DNA of 64,000 nucleotides, taken from the NCBI GenBank assembly GCA_052146795.1, contig JBKQMH010000175.1, forward strand, positions 885 through 64,884, in the 5' to 3' direction. Source of the DNA: Verrucomicrobiia bacterium (GTDB taxonomy: Bacteria > Verrucomicrobiota > Verrucomicrobiia > Palsa-1439). Position 1 is the first letter of the stretch. The number at the start of each line of letters is the position of its first letter. Made by a program: the position numbers and the translations under genes. The notes below the pieces were generated by a model that was not told where the DNA came from, ran no database searches, and saw only the letters and a program-made list of their open reading frames with translations. Below are positions 31,518-41,289 of this stretch, piece after piece.

Positions 31518-32816
31518 TTAGGCCTGTTTGTTTCTCTTCTCAATGGGCACGTAATGCTGCTCGCGCGGGCCGACGTAGACCTGCCGCGGACGGTAGATGC
31601 GACTGCTGGGCTCGTCCATGATTTCCTTGTAGTTCGCAATCCAGCCCGGCATCCGTCCGATGGCGAAAATTACCGTGAACATCTCAACCGGTATGCCGAT
31701 GGCCCGCATGATGATGCCGCTGTAAAAATCCACGTTGGGATAGAGCTTGCGCTCGATGAAATACTCGTCGTGCATGGCCGCCTCTTCCAGCCTCTTCGCG
31801 ATCGCCAGCAACGGATCGTCAATGTGCAGCAACTGCAGGATCCTGTCACACTGCTCTTTGATGATCTTGGCGCGCGGGTCATAGTTCTTATAGACACGGT
31901 GCCCGAAACCCATAAGTTTTTTACCGCTCTTCTTGTCCTTGGCGGCGGCAATGAACTTCGATCCATCGTCGCCATCGCGGTGGATCAGTTCCAGCATTTC
32001 GATGACCGCCTGGTTGGCGCCGCCATGGAGCGGCCCCCACAACGCGCACACGCCGCCGGCGGCACAGGCGAACAGATTGGCGCGGCTCGAAGCGATCATG
32101 CGGACGGTCGAGGTCGAACAATTCTGCTCGTGGTCGGCATGCAGCAGAAAGATGAGATCCAGAGCGCGCACGACTTCCGGCTTTAAATCATAGTCCTGAT
32201 ACGGCTCGGAGAACATCATGTGCAGAAAGTTGGCCGTGTATTTGTACACCGGCTTCGGGTAGATGATCGGCAACCCGCGTGACTTGCGATAGGAAAACGC
32301 GGCAATGGTGCGCACCTTGGAAATCAGTCGGGCCGACTGCAGTTCGAACCTGTCGGGCTTGTACCCCTCCATGAGCCGCGGGTGAAAACAGCCTGCCGCG
32401 TTGATCATCGAGGACAAGATCGCCATCGGATGCGCGTTGGGCGGAAAGCCTTCGAAGTGAAACTTCATGTCCTCGTGCAACATTTCGTTTTGCGTCAGCA
32501 ATTCCGAGAACCGGTGCAATTCCTGGCTGGTCGGCAGATGGCCGTAGATGAGCAAATAGGCCGCTTCGATGAACGTGGATTTCTCGGCCAACTCCTCAAT
32601 CGGGATGCCGCGATACCGCAAAATCCCCTTCTCGCCGTCGATGAACGTGATCGCGCTGCTGCACGAGCCGGTGTTGGAATAGCCGTCATCGAGCGTGATC
32701 AGCCCGGACTCGTCCCGTAATTTCGTGATGTCAACCGCGTGCTCGTTCTCGGTTCCAACGACGACGGGCAGTTGATAAACCTTGCCGCCGACTTCCAGTT
32801 TCGCCTGCTCGCTCAT
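31518..32816 (-). CDS. gltA: Citrate synthase (type II)
   Basis: Start [17 protein letters not shown]. Conserved citrate synthase catalytic regions ([15 protein letters not shown]..., [11 protein letters not shown]). Confidence 0.9.
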   Translation of the reverse strand: MSEQAKLEVGGKVYQLPVVVGTENEHAVDITKLRDESGLITLDDGYSNTGSCSSAITFIDGEKGILRYRGIPIEELAEKSTFIEAAYLLIYGHLPTSQELHRFSELLTQNEMLHEDMKFHFEGFPPNAHPMAILSSMINAAGCFHPRLMEGYKPDRFELQSARLISKVRTIAAFSYRKSRGLPIIYPKPVYKYTANFLHMMFSEPYQDYDLKPEVVRALDLIFLLHADHEQNCSTSTVRMIASSRANLFACAAGGVCALWGPLHGGANQAVIEMLELIHRDGDDGSKFIAAAKDKKSGKKLMGFGHRVYKNYDPRAKIIKEQCDRILQLLHIDDPLLAIAKRLEEAAMHDEYFIERKLYPNVDFYSGIIMRAIGIPVEMFTVIFAIGRMPGWIANYKEIMDEPSSRIYRPRQVYVGPREQHYVPIEKRNKQA

Positions 32817-32990
32817 AGCGCCTTCCTCCATCGAATCATTGTGGTCTTTACACCTATCTTTACCGTGATTCAGCCCGCACCGCCACTGTTTTTCGCGCCG
32901 AGTAGATCATGAAGACAATGTTGGTGCTGCGCCAGAATTCATTTACGACGCCGCGGACGGTTCGCCTCTTCAACAAGGGTTCGGCCAGAG

Positions 32991-33587
32991 CTAGCCGGAA
33001 GACTCCCCGTTTTTCTGAAATACGTCCAATCGGGCGGGTGGCACGTTGGCCCAGACGACCGTGGTGCGGATTCGTTTGAAACCAGACAGGCTCGGATGCG
33101 AGGTCTTGCCCAGATTGTAGGTGTACTGCACCAGCTTCCCTTCCTTGGGCAGTACGGCGTACACCTCGCGGATGATGTTCGTCACCACATTCTCGGGCAA
33201 CGACCGCAACGGCAGACTGGAAACGACGTGGCTGATCTCGATGTTGTCCTTCGCCAGGAACGTTCGGAGCAGCGCGCGCAGTTCGCTGGCGTCGCCGAGC
33301 GCGATCTTGAGGGACGGAAACCGTCGTTTCAACAATCGCACCATGGTTTCCGAGCGTTCGACCGACACGATCTGTTCGGGTGGGATTCCGCGCTTCAGCA
33401 GGGCGGCCGTAATCGCGCCTGTCCCCGCCCCCAACTCGATCACATATCCCCGAGGCGCCCGTGGCAGGTAGCTCGCCATGCGCCGCGCCAAAAAGGGAGA
33501 ACTCGGCACAGCCGACCCAATCGGCCGCGGGTTGTTCAGCAACTCGCTTCCGAACGCCACCAGCGATGTGACAGCTTCTAATGGCAT
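32991..33587 (-). CDS. Class I SAM-dependent methyltransferase
   Basis: 198 aa. Motif I VIELGAGTGAIT. Confidence 0.7.
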   Translation of the reverse strand: MPLEAVTSLVAFGSELLNNPRPIGSAVPSSPFLARRMASYLPRAPRGYVIELGAGTGAITAALLKRGIPPEQIVSVERSETMVRLLKRRFPSLKIALGDASELRALLRTFLAKDNIEISHVVSSLPLRSLPENVVTNIIREVYAVLPKEGKLVQYTYNLGKTSHPSLSGFKRIRTTVVWANVPPARLDVFQKNGESSG

Positions 33588-33813
33588 AACGAATCAGCTA
33601 GCTCGTTCCAAATCACAAGGCCATCTGCGACCCCGCAGCGTAACAGGAGCAGGCCGCAGGCCATGCGCTTATCGCGCTGCCTTCGGTCAACACGTGCCTC
33701 CTTGTCATCAAACAGTGGTAACTATTTCACATCTTGACGGAAAAAGCGACATATCTTTTTCGTCACTCGCCGACGGGTTGCAAACCACCTCAAAATGCCC
33801 TATTCATTGGCTC

Positions 33814-34905
33814 ATGTCGTTCGTGCTTGGCCAACTGTCGCTCGATTCCAATCTGTTCCTGTCTCCGCTCGCGGGCTATACCAACCTGCCCTTCCGTCTC
33901 ATCATCCGCGAAATCGGCGGGGTCGGCCTCTGCACCACCGATCTCGTCAACGCCCGCTCCTTGCTGGAGAAGAATCGCAAAGCCCTCCAGCTCATTCAGA
34001 CCCGACCACCAGACCGTCCGCTCGCCGTCCAGCTCTACGGTACCATCCCCGAAGAGATGCGCGATGCCGCTGTGTTGCTCGAATCGCTCGGCGTGAGTTC
34101 TGTGGACATCAACATGGGTTGTCCCGTCCGCAAAATTTGCAAGAACGGTGGCGGCTCCTCGATGATGGCCGATCACGCCAAAGCCGCGCGACTGGTCACC
34201 ACGATGGTCAATGCCGTGAAAATGCCCGTCACCGCCAAGATGCGGCTCGGCTGGGACGATGAAAACCTCACCGCGCCCGACCTCGCTCGCGCCCTCGAAG
34301 ATGCCGGCGTCGCCGCCATCGCCGTCCACGGACGCACCCGACAACAGGGCTTCAGCGGTTCGGTGAACCTCGCCGGCATCCGCGCTGTCGTGCAAGTGCT
34401 GAAACACGCGCCCGTGATTGGCAACGGCGACATCACGACGCCACAGACGGCGAAGATGATGTTCGATCGCACCGGCTGCGCCGCGATCAGTATCGGCCGC
34501 GGGGCGTTCTATAACCCGTGGATTTTCCGGCACGTCGCCCACTTTCTCACCACGGGTGAACTACCTCCCGAACCCGGCTTTGAAGAACACCTCGCTGTGA
34601 TGAAACGTCATCTCGATTTGATGGTGGAAGTCTTCGGCGAACGACAGGGCTGCCGTATGTTTCGCAAAGTCGCCATCCAATACTCGCGAAGCCTTGGCCC
34701 AACCAAGGAATTCCACAAGCTCGTCGTCCGTCTCAGCACCCGTGCCGAATTCGACGACATCCTCGCCGTCTATCGCACTTGGCGCGCCCAGTTCCTGGAC
34801 GCCGACGGCGATCTGCTCCCCCATTACAAACCCCACCCGCTCGGCTTGGCCATCGAACCCGCCACCGCCGTCAAGGTGCCCGCTGGACCGAATGAGTTGT
34901 GGTAG
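33814..34905 (+). CDS. dus: tRNA-dihydrouridine synthase
   Basis: Start MSFVLGQLSLDSNLFLSPLAGYTNLPFR at 33814. ORF-track 5' extension spurious. FMN-binding TIM barrel with catalytic Cys in DINMGCPVRK. Confidence 0.85.
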   Translation: MSFVLGQLSLDSNLFLSPLAGYTNLPFRLIIREIGGVGLCTTDLVNARSLLEKNRKALQLIQTRPPDRPLAVQLYGTIPEEMRDAAVLLESLGVSSVDINMGCPVRKICKNGGGSSMMADHAKAARLVTTMVNAVKMPVTAKMRLGWDDENLTAPDLARALEDAGVAAIAVHGRTRQQGFSGSVNLAGIRAVVQVLKHAPVIGNGDITTPQTAKMMFDRTGCAAISIGRGAFYNPWIFRHVAHFLTTGELPPEPGFEEHLAVMKRHLDLMVEVFGERQGCRMFRKVAIQYSRSLGPTKEFHKLVVRLSTRAEFDDILAVYRTWRAQFLDADGDLLPHYKPHPLGLAIEPATAVKVPAGPNELW

Positions 34906-34954
34906 CGCTTTCGGTGCCCACATGAGACGACGTACGCCGTCGGTGGATCCGCGT

Positions 34955-36166
34955 TCAGATCTTCTTGACCGATGACAGAACTTTGTAGCCGTGATCCTCG
35001 CATTCGACGCGGAAACCGCCAAAACAATCCCGGATCGTGTTCTCGTACGGCAAGCGGACGTTCGCCACAAGGTAGAACCGTCCACCGGGCTTCAACACCT
35101 CCCAGGCATCGCGAATGAACTGGCTGGCGATGTCGAACTCCGCGCGTCGTCCCACGTGAAACGGGGGGTTGGTGACCACGACATCGAAGGACGACGCCTT
35201 CACCGCGCTTCCCGCGTCGCTTGGTAGGACCGTGTAATTGGTCAGCGCATTGGCCTCGACAGATCGCGTTGCCGACCGAATGGCTTCGGCATCGCTGTCG
35301 AGCAGGACCACGTTTCCTCGTATCGTCATCTTCGCGGCCATCAGTCCGACAATTCCATTGCCGCACCCGAGATCCAGCACGGAGTCGCCCGGATTGATTC
35401 GCATTCGTTCCACCAACAGCCGCGTGCCGTCGTCGAGTCGATCCCAGGCAAAGACTCCGGGACGGGAATAAACGGCCGCGGAATTCCCCCCGATCTCCGC
35501 GGAAAATTCCAGAAAGGCCTTGTGGTCAAGCCACTGGACGTTAAGAGCGCTGGAATCAACGGGTGACGAAGTCTTCTTTTCCGAGCGGGCAATCCGATGT
35601 CCGCCGCCGTACCCCATGACCGTTGCATTGCCGAAAAGCTGCCCCATCAGGTCAATCCCCGTCTTGATCCCTTCCCGATTGGCGCCCGCCACATAGCACG
35701 CCCCGCCAACCTGAAGCGCGCGGAAACCGTCCCACAGCAACTGCAACAAGGGAAGACGTCCCTTGGGCAACCGAATCACAACGCAATCGACCGGCTCAGG
35801 CGACGAGAGACCGCACAAGCCATTGGAGAAATGCACCTCAACATTCGTCAACTGATTGGCCTCAACCGTCCGGCGGGCGGCCAGTACATTGACCAGGTTC
35901 CGGTCCGTCATGATGACCGTCGCATTGCTGGCGGTCATCGCCAGCGCCGCGCCCGCCAATCCGGCCCCGGCGTTCAAGTGCAACACGGTCGAGTCCTCCG
36001 CGATATCGACGCGCTCCGCCAGCAACATCAAGGCGGGATCGGGAGTATCCGAACAAGACACCCCCGGTTTCGAGACGAGCTTCACCACCCGCTGACGCAC
36101 CGGTACGTCAACCTGTCTCCACGAATAATATTGTGAATCTTCCTTCAATCTCCCGCCTCGTCGCAT
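34955..36166 (-). CDS. rsmC: rRNA guanine-N2 methyltransferase, RsmC/RlmG family (tandem MTase domains)
   Basis: 403 aa. Two Rossmann halves. C-terminal domain has VLDLGCGNG motif I and NPPFH motif IV. Confidence 0.75.
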   Translation of the reverse strand: MRRGGRLKEDSQYYSWRQVDVPVRQRVVKLVSKPGVSCSDTPDPALMLLAERVDIAEDSTVLHLNAGAGLAGAALAMTASNATVIMTDRNLVNVLAARRTVEANQLTNVEVHFSNGLCGLSSPEPVDCVVIRLPKGRLPLLQLLWDGFRALQVGGACYVAGANREGIKTGIDLMGQLFGNATVMGYGGGHRIARSEKKTSSPVDSSALNVQWLDHKAFLEFSAEIGGNSAAVYSRPGVFAWDRLDDGTRLLVERMRINPGDSVLDLGCGNGIVGLMAAKMTIRGNVVLLDSDAEAIRSATRSVEANALTNYTVLPSDAGSAVKASSFDVVVTNPPFHVGRRAEFDIASQFIRDAWEVLKPGGRFYLVANVRLPYENTIRDCFGGFRVECEDHGYKVLSSVKKI

Positions 36167-36380
36167 TATCGCAGCCCCTCAAAGCGGTTGACGCCGATGG
36201 CGGTCGCGGTCTTCAACGCTTCCCGACGAGTCATGGGTTGGTCGATCATGCTGGAGTCCTCGTCATTTGGAGGGCCACGCTCCGTCGTGGCCGCATTCAC
36301 GGACACTACCGAGTGTGCCGCAGAATCGCAAGCACCCTGAGCTTGCGGAAGGGTCTCTGACCGGCTAAAGTTCGTGCGTC

Positions 36381-37157
36381 ATGCAAAGCGTGCGAGCTAA
36401 GATTCGTGGTGTTGCCCCGATGCTGCAGAAGCCGCGACGAAACTTCACAATTATGAAAGGGGCACTTAAGCAGTCAATCGGGGCAGCTCTAGAGAACGGC
36501 AGAAGGTTGCTACAAGAAGCAGATTACCTGCAGTTCGAAGCGCCACCGGTGACCGCTTACTTTCTGACCGTGATAGCGCAGGAGGAATTCGCCAAGGCGT
36601 TTTTTCTTGATCTGGTTCGACGCGGGGTTGTGCCTTGGAATCGCCACATGCTGCGTACGACGTGTGATCACACATGCAAACAGTTGCTGAGCGTAGTGAT
36701 GGACTATCTCAATCCCGATATAGATGAATTTATCCAGCGGTGCAATGCCGTAGTTCTAAGGGGTGAATTGCGCCCGATACCCACGAGAATTGCCGATGCC
36801 ATCAACATCCTCCGATACGAGAAGATTGGACGATGGGAATCAAAGAATTGGGTTTGGGCGGAGGAACCAGATTATGACTCGCAAGCCCTTTCAGTTGCGG
36901 AGGGAAGGTATGATCGGCTTAAACAGGACGCGATTTATGTACGACTGGGCCCGAACGGTCAACTGGTTAGTTCACCTCTACGCGCAAACGTCGGTAAAGC
37001 GTTAGAGGCTGAAACGGATCGAGCTAGACGACTAGGTCAGTTGGTCGAAACGATGTTCGAAGATTCGGCACACCTAGGACTGGACTATGACAAGGTGGAA
37101 GGTGCGCTTCGGTTGTTGTTTACAAACGTCCAGCAGCCCGCAGAATCTGATGACTAG
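36381..37157 (+). CDS. AbiV-family abortive-infection-like protein
   Basis: N-terminal region ALENGRRLLQEADYLQFEAPPVTAYFLTVIAQEEFAKAFFL matches the conserved AbiV start (ENA..LL.DA..L...g.y..A..L...A.EE.gK). Lower GC (about 50%). Start could be at an internal Met (36420 or 36453). Confidence 0.5.
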   Translation: MQSVRAKIRGVAPMLQKPRRNFTIMKGALKQSIGAALENGRRLLQEADYLQFEAPPVTAYFLTVIAQEEFAKAFFLDLVRRGVVPWNRHMLRTTCDHTCKQLLSVVMDYLNPDIDEFIQRCNAVVLRGELRPIPTRIADAINILRYEKIGRWESKNWVWAEEPDYDSQALSVAEGRYDRLKQDAIYVRLGPNGQLVSSPLRANVGKALEAETDRARRLGQLVETMFEDSAHLGLDYDKVEGALRLLFTNVQQPAESDD

Positions 37158-37342
37158 AACTGTGTCCATCAACACTCCAGTCGTAGGTCGCGTCAGACGA
37201 CGGTCTCATGCTCGTACATCTGCTGGCACTATGCCAACACGAGCGGTTGCTGGTAAGCGTGTCCAGTGGTGGAAGAGCTCGACCGCCGGACCCTCGCCGC
37301 CAAACCCCCACCGCAGAATACCCGAGGAACAACCCTGCCATT

Positions 37343-38311
37343 CTACCGACGGCGCGAAGCTTGTTCCTTCGACTTCTGCACAGATTCCCTCCATTTTCGC
37401 CTGAAACCCAACGTGCCCAAGTCATTTTGAATCTCCAACAGAAGTAGTGGCGCGTTGATATTAGCTGGAGGCCGCATATGTTCCGATACTCGAACTCGAA
37501 TATTCAGCCGCCGTCTCTCCAAAATCACCGAAATTGCGGAATGCAGTGAATCGTTCACCCAGGTTGAGTTGAACGGACTGAGGATGATTTCCCTAACTAA
37601 CTTTTGCGCCGAGACACCGATAGAGCTTCCTAGCTCACTTCTCGCCCAAGCGCTTTCGGGGAGTTCGTGGCAGATTCGCACTTCTTTCTCATGTCTAAAA
37701 GCGCTTCGTTTAAGCATCCAAGGGTGGTCTTTGTAAAATTGTGGAAGACGTGAAAGCTTAGAGTTGCCGACGTACCGCACCGGCGCTACCAAATACTCCT
37801 GCGGATCGTACGAGGTAATCAAATTCGAATACTGACCCTTCAAAGAGGATGCCAGTCGCCCAACTGTACTAACGAGAGCGACACCGAGCCGATCTGCATA
37901 CACTTTCCACATCGCGTCCGACTCTTCGTCGCCCAGGTACCAGCAGCTGCAAACAATGCGCTGCCTGAATTTACGCATCTCCATGTCCAGAATACAGTTT
38001 TGAAGTGCAACGCCCTTCAGCTTGTCAATCACCTCGAAGAAGTCTTCGCGCAAATCGCCATCGTTGCATCTGAAGTTGGAGTACGGTAAATACTTGCTAA
38101 GGTCGATAGCTAAACCTCGGAGCTTCTTCGTGTTTCTCTCCTTGCATCTGCTTCGGATCACGAATCCCGATTCAAAGGGATCAGTCTGTGCAAGCGTTTC
38201 AACCTTTGGGAAAAAAGTGCGGTCCCGGAGTAGCAAGTCAAAAAGCTTTGGGAGGTCAACAAATCGCCGTACCAAGGCGCTTTTGGGGAGGCCGACAATT
38301 TTCACTTTCAT
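37343..38311 (-). CDS. DUF2971-like hypothetical protein (defence-island associated family)
   Basis: Start MKVKIVGLPKS at 38311. ORF-track 5' extension is Arg-rich junk. C-terminal FRHEKEVRI resembles the conserved DUF2971 Y/F-x-x-E-x-E-W/V-R motif. GC about 47%. Confidence 0.45.
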   Translation of the reverse strand: MKVKIVGLPKSALVRRFVDLPKLFDLLLRDRTFFPKVETLAQTDPFESGFVIRSRCKERNTKKLRGLAIDLSKYLPYSNFRCNDGDLREDFFEVIDKLKGVALQNCILDMEMRKFRQRIVCSCWYLGDEESDAMWKVYADRLGVALVSTVGRLASSLKGQYSNLITSYDPQEYLVAPVRYVGNSKLSRLPQFYKDHPWMLKRSAFRHEKEVRICHELPESAWARSELGSSIGVSAQKLVREIILSPFNSTWVNDSLHSAISVILERRRLNIRVRVSEHMRPPANINAPLLLLEIQNDLGTLGFRRKWRESVQKSKEQASRRR

Positions 38312-38388
38312 TGCGCTAGCACAACCTATTTTTGAGACCCAACGGGATCTCGTAGATTGCAACCTCTTGAGCTTGTTCCCCGTGCGGC

Positions 38389-39876
38389 TCAATATTGCGG
38401 CACGTTCGGATCGATCCGCTCGGCCCACGCGTTGATGCCCCCGGCGACGTTCTTGAGTTTGCCGTAGCCCTGCGAGCGAAGAAACTTCAGCGCCCGGCCG
38501 CTGCGGCCGCCGGACTTGCAGTGCAGGACGAGGAGCTTGTCCTTGGGCAGTTCTTGGAACCGCTGCGGCAATTCGGGCAGCGGGAGCTTCACCGAGCCGT
38601 CGATGGTGCAGATGGCGAACTCGTCGGGATTGCGCACGTCCACAAGCACGAAATCCTGTTTCGCATCGCGCATTTTCTTGAGTGTCTCGACACTGATATC
38701 GTCGGGACCGAGGCCTTCGTCTTTGGTTTCCACGATGGAATCTCCTGATGAACCACCTTCCTCGCCGCGGCCAATGCCGCAGAATTCGAGGTAATCGATC
38801 AATTTGGTAATGGTCGGATTCTTGCCGCACACGGGGCAATTCGGGTCACGCGGGATTTTGTACTCGCGGAAACTCATGTCCATCGCGTCGAACCGCAGCA
38901 ACCGCCCCATCAGCGGTTTGCCCTTGCCGATGATGAGTTTGACCGCTTCGTTCGCCTGAATGTTGCCGATAATGCCGCAAATGACGCCCAGCACGCCGCC
39001 TTCCGCGCAGCTCGGCACGAGGCCGGGCGGAGGAGGTTCGGGATACCAGCAGCGGTAGCATGGTCCGCCGAGATGCGGCGCGAACACGCTGGCCATGCCT
39101 TCCCAGCGGAAAATCGAGCCGTACACGTTCGGCTTCTTCAGCATCACACACGCGTCATTGACCAGATACCGCGTCGGAAAATTGTCCGTGCCGTCGATAA
39201 CCAGATCGTAGTCCTTGATGATGTCGAGCGCGTTGTCGCTGGTGATCTTCACGGGGTGGGGGATGAAATTCAGGTTCGGGTTGATCGCCTTGAGTTTTTC
39301 CTCGGCGCTCTTGAGCTTGTGTTTGCCCACGTCGCCCGTGAAATGAATGATCTGACGCTGCAGATTGCTGAAATCGACCGTGTCGAACTCGACCATGCCA
39401 ATCGTGCCCACGCCCGCCGCCGTGAGATATAGCGCAATCGGCGAACCGAGTCCGCCCGAGCCGATGAGCAGCACCTTCGCCGCCTTGAGCCGCTCCTGAC
39501 CTTCCATGCCGACTTCCGGCAGGATCAAATGGCGCGAATAGCGTTTGATCTCTTCGTTGGTCAGCTTCGCGCGGTCTTTGATGATCGGATCGAGTTTCGC
39601 GAGGTTTCCGCCCGCGATTGACGGCACAATGGAGATTTCATCGCCTTCCTTGACTTGCGCGTCATCACCTTTGGCGCGGATGTCCTCGTCGTTGACGTAG
39701 ACCCGTACGAAATTGCGGAGCTTGCCGTCATCGCCGTACAGATGGGGACGCAGTTGCGCATGCTCAGCGGTCAGGTTGCCCAGCACTTCGCTGATCGTCC
39801 CGCCGGGCACTTCGACCGTCGCTTGCCCATTGGCAAAACGCCGGAGCGCTGTTGGTATCGTGACTTTAATGGCCAT
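38389..39876 (-). CDS. moeZ: Tri-domain fusion: MoaD/ThiS/CysO-like sulfur carrier (ends in GG) + MoeB/ThiF/MoeZ E1-like adenylyltransferase + C-terminal rhodanese
   Basis: 495 aa. N-terminal about 90 aa beta-grasp ending ...SIVPSIAGG, then E1 domain (LLIGSGGLGSP, CxxC pairs), then rhodanese with active Cys (LHCKSGGRSGRA). Confidence 0.85.
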   Translation of the reverse strand: MAIKVTIPTALRRFANGQATVEVPGGTISEVLGNLTAEHAQLRPHLYGDDGKLRNFVRVYVNDEDIRAKGDDAQVKEGDEISIVPSIAGGNLAKLDPIIKDRAKLTNEEIKRYSRHLILPEVGMEGQERLKAAKVLLIGSGGLGSPIALYLTAAGVGTIGMVEFDTVDFSNLQRQIIHFTGDVGKHKLKSAEEKLKAINPNLNFIPHPVKITSDNALDIIKDYDLVIDGTDNFPTRYLVNDACVMLKKPNVYGSIFRWEGMASVFAPHLGGPCYRCWYPEPPPPGLVPSCAEGGVLGVICGIIGNIQANEAVKLIIGKGKPLMGRLLRFDAMDMSFREYKIPRDPNCPVCGKNPTITKLIDYLEFCGIGRGEEGGSSGDSIVETKDEGLGPDDISVETLKKMRDAKQDFVLVDVRNPDEFAICTIDGSVKLPLPELPQRFQELPKDKLLVLHCKSGGRSGRALKFLRSQGYGKLKNVAGGINAWAERIDPNVPQY

Positions 39877-39926
39877 GCGTGTTCTCCTGAATCAAATCCG
39901 CGGCCCGCGCTGGATAGTCTATCGCA

Positions 39927-40355
39927 TTACTCGGAAAATTCAACTGCCTCTTGGTCGAACGCCGAGCGGTCGTCCCGTAGCCGCCACGAGTTGGATTCGA
40001 CGGCCTTACCCTTCACCACGGAGACGATCAGGTACGAAAAATTCGGCCAGGCGTGATCGAGGTCGAATTGCGACGGGCGCGCGGCGACATCCGGGTGCGA
40101 ATGATAAATCCCCAGCACGTCCATCCCGCGTTTGTCAGCTTCACGCTCGATCTTCCTATACGCGAGTGGATCGATGAGGTAACGGTTCCGAGCGCTCTCC
40201 CCGCCTGAGGCGGGCAAGTCGGTCCGCTCGTTGTCGGCGGACACGATCTCCGTAATCACGCCGCGTTTGCCGAGCATCACCCCGCACGCCTCGTTCGGAT
40301 AACCTGATTCCAAATGCTCGTGAATTTGATGCAAAAGTTGCTGTGAGAGTTTCAT
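39927..40355 (-). CDS. mec: JAMM/MPN+ metalloprotease (Mec+-like)
   Basis: Start MKLSQQLLHQIHEHL. JAMM motif E...HSHP..A.PS.D (GIYHSHPDVAARPSQFD). ATGA overlap with cysM. Confidence 0.8.
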   Translation of the reverse strand: MKLSQQLLHQIHEHLESGYPNEACGVMLGKRGVITEIVSADNERTDLPASGGESARNRYLIDPLAYRKIEREADKRGMDVLGIYHSHPDVAARPSQFDLDHAWPNFSYLIVSVVKGKAVESNSWRLRDDRSAFDQEAVEFSE

Positions 40356-41287
40356 GCGGCCTCCCAGAACTTCTCGCTTTGGTAGCGCGCGCCGGCATCG
40401 GGACAGATGGCCGCGATCACGCCCTCCTTGATGCTGGCCGCGACCTTGAGCGCGGCGCAAATGGCAGCGCCCGCGCTGACACCGACGTACAGACCCTCCT
40501 CCCGCGTCATGCGCCGGGCCATTTGCTGCGCGGCTTCGGTTGAGATTCCGACGACCTGATCAGGAACCTTCGGGTCGTACAACGCCGGCACGTGCGATGC
40601 CGTTTCCATGTGCTTAAGCCCTTCCAAGCCGTGAAACGGCCCCTCGGGTTGGACGGCGATGAGCTTGATGTCGGGATTGAATTCGCGGAGCCGCTGGCCC
40701 GTACCCATCAACGTGCCGCTCGTGCCAAGCCCGGCGAGGAAATGCGTGATCTTGCCCTCAGCCTGCTTGAGAATCTCCGGCCCCGTGGTTTCATAATGCG
40801 CGCGCGGGTTTTCGGGATTGCCGTATTGATCGGGGTAAAAATACAGGTCGGGCTGCTCCTTGTACAACCGCTGCGCCGCGTAGAACGCTCCGTCACTGCC
40901 TTCCGCCGGGTCGGTGAGCACCACTTCCGCGCCGTAGGCCTTGAGGAGTTTCTTGCGCTCGGGACTGGCATTCGCCGGCATCAGCAGCTTGCAGCGGTAG
41001 CCGCGCCGCGCGGCGATCATGGCATAGGCAATGCCCGTGTTGCCGCTGGTGGCGTCGAGGATCATCTTGCCGGGCGTAAGCTGGCCGGACACTTCCGCGG
41101 CGCGAATCATGCGGTACGCAGGCCGGTCCTTCACGGAACCGCCGGGGTTGTACCACTCCGCCTTGCCAAGAATCCGGACCCGGGGGAATTCGCGCCCGAT
41201 GCGCAGCAGGGGAATCAGCGGCGTGTTGCCAATCGTCCGCAACAACGCGTCCGAATCCGACGACGGCAGGAGCGAGGCTTCACCCAT
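40352..41287 (-). CDS. cysM: Cysteine synthase (CysM/CysK family; likely CysO-thiocarboxylate-dependent)
   Basis: 311 aa. PLP-fold with lysine motif (SVKDRPA) and GTSGNTGIA region. Confidence 0.88.
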   Translation of the reverse strand: MGEASLLPSSDSDALLRTIGNTPLIPLLRIGREFPRVRILGKAEWYNPGGSVKDRPAYRMIRAAEVSGQLTPGKMILDATSGNTGIAYAMIAARRGYRCKLLMPANASPERKKLLKAYGAEVVLTDPAEGSDGAFYAAQRLYKEQPDLYFYPDQYGNPENPRAHYETTGPEILKQAEGKITHFLAGLGTSGTLMGTGQRLREFNPDIKLIAVQPEGPFHGLEGLKHMETASHVPALYDPKVPDQVVGISTEAAQQMARRMTREEGLYVGVSAGAAICAALKVAASIKEGVIAAICPDAGARYQSEKFWEAA

Positions 41288-41289
41288 CG

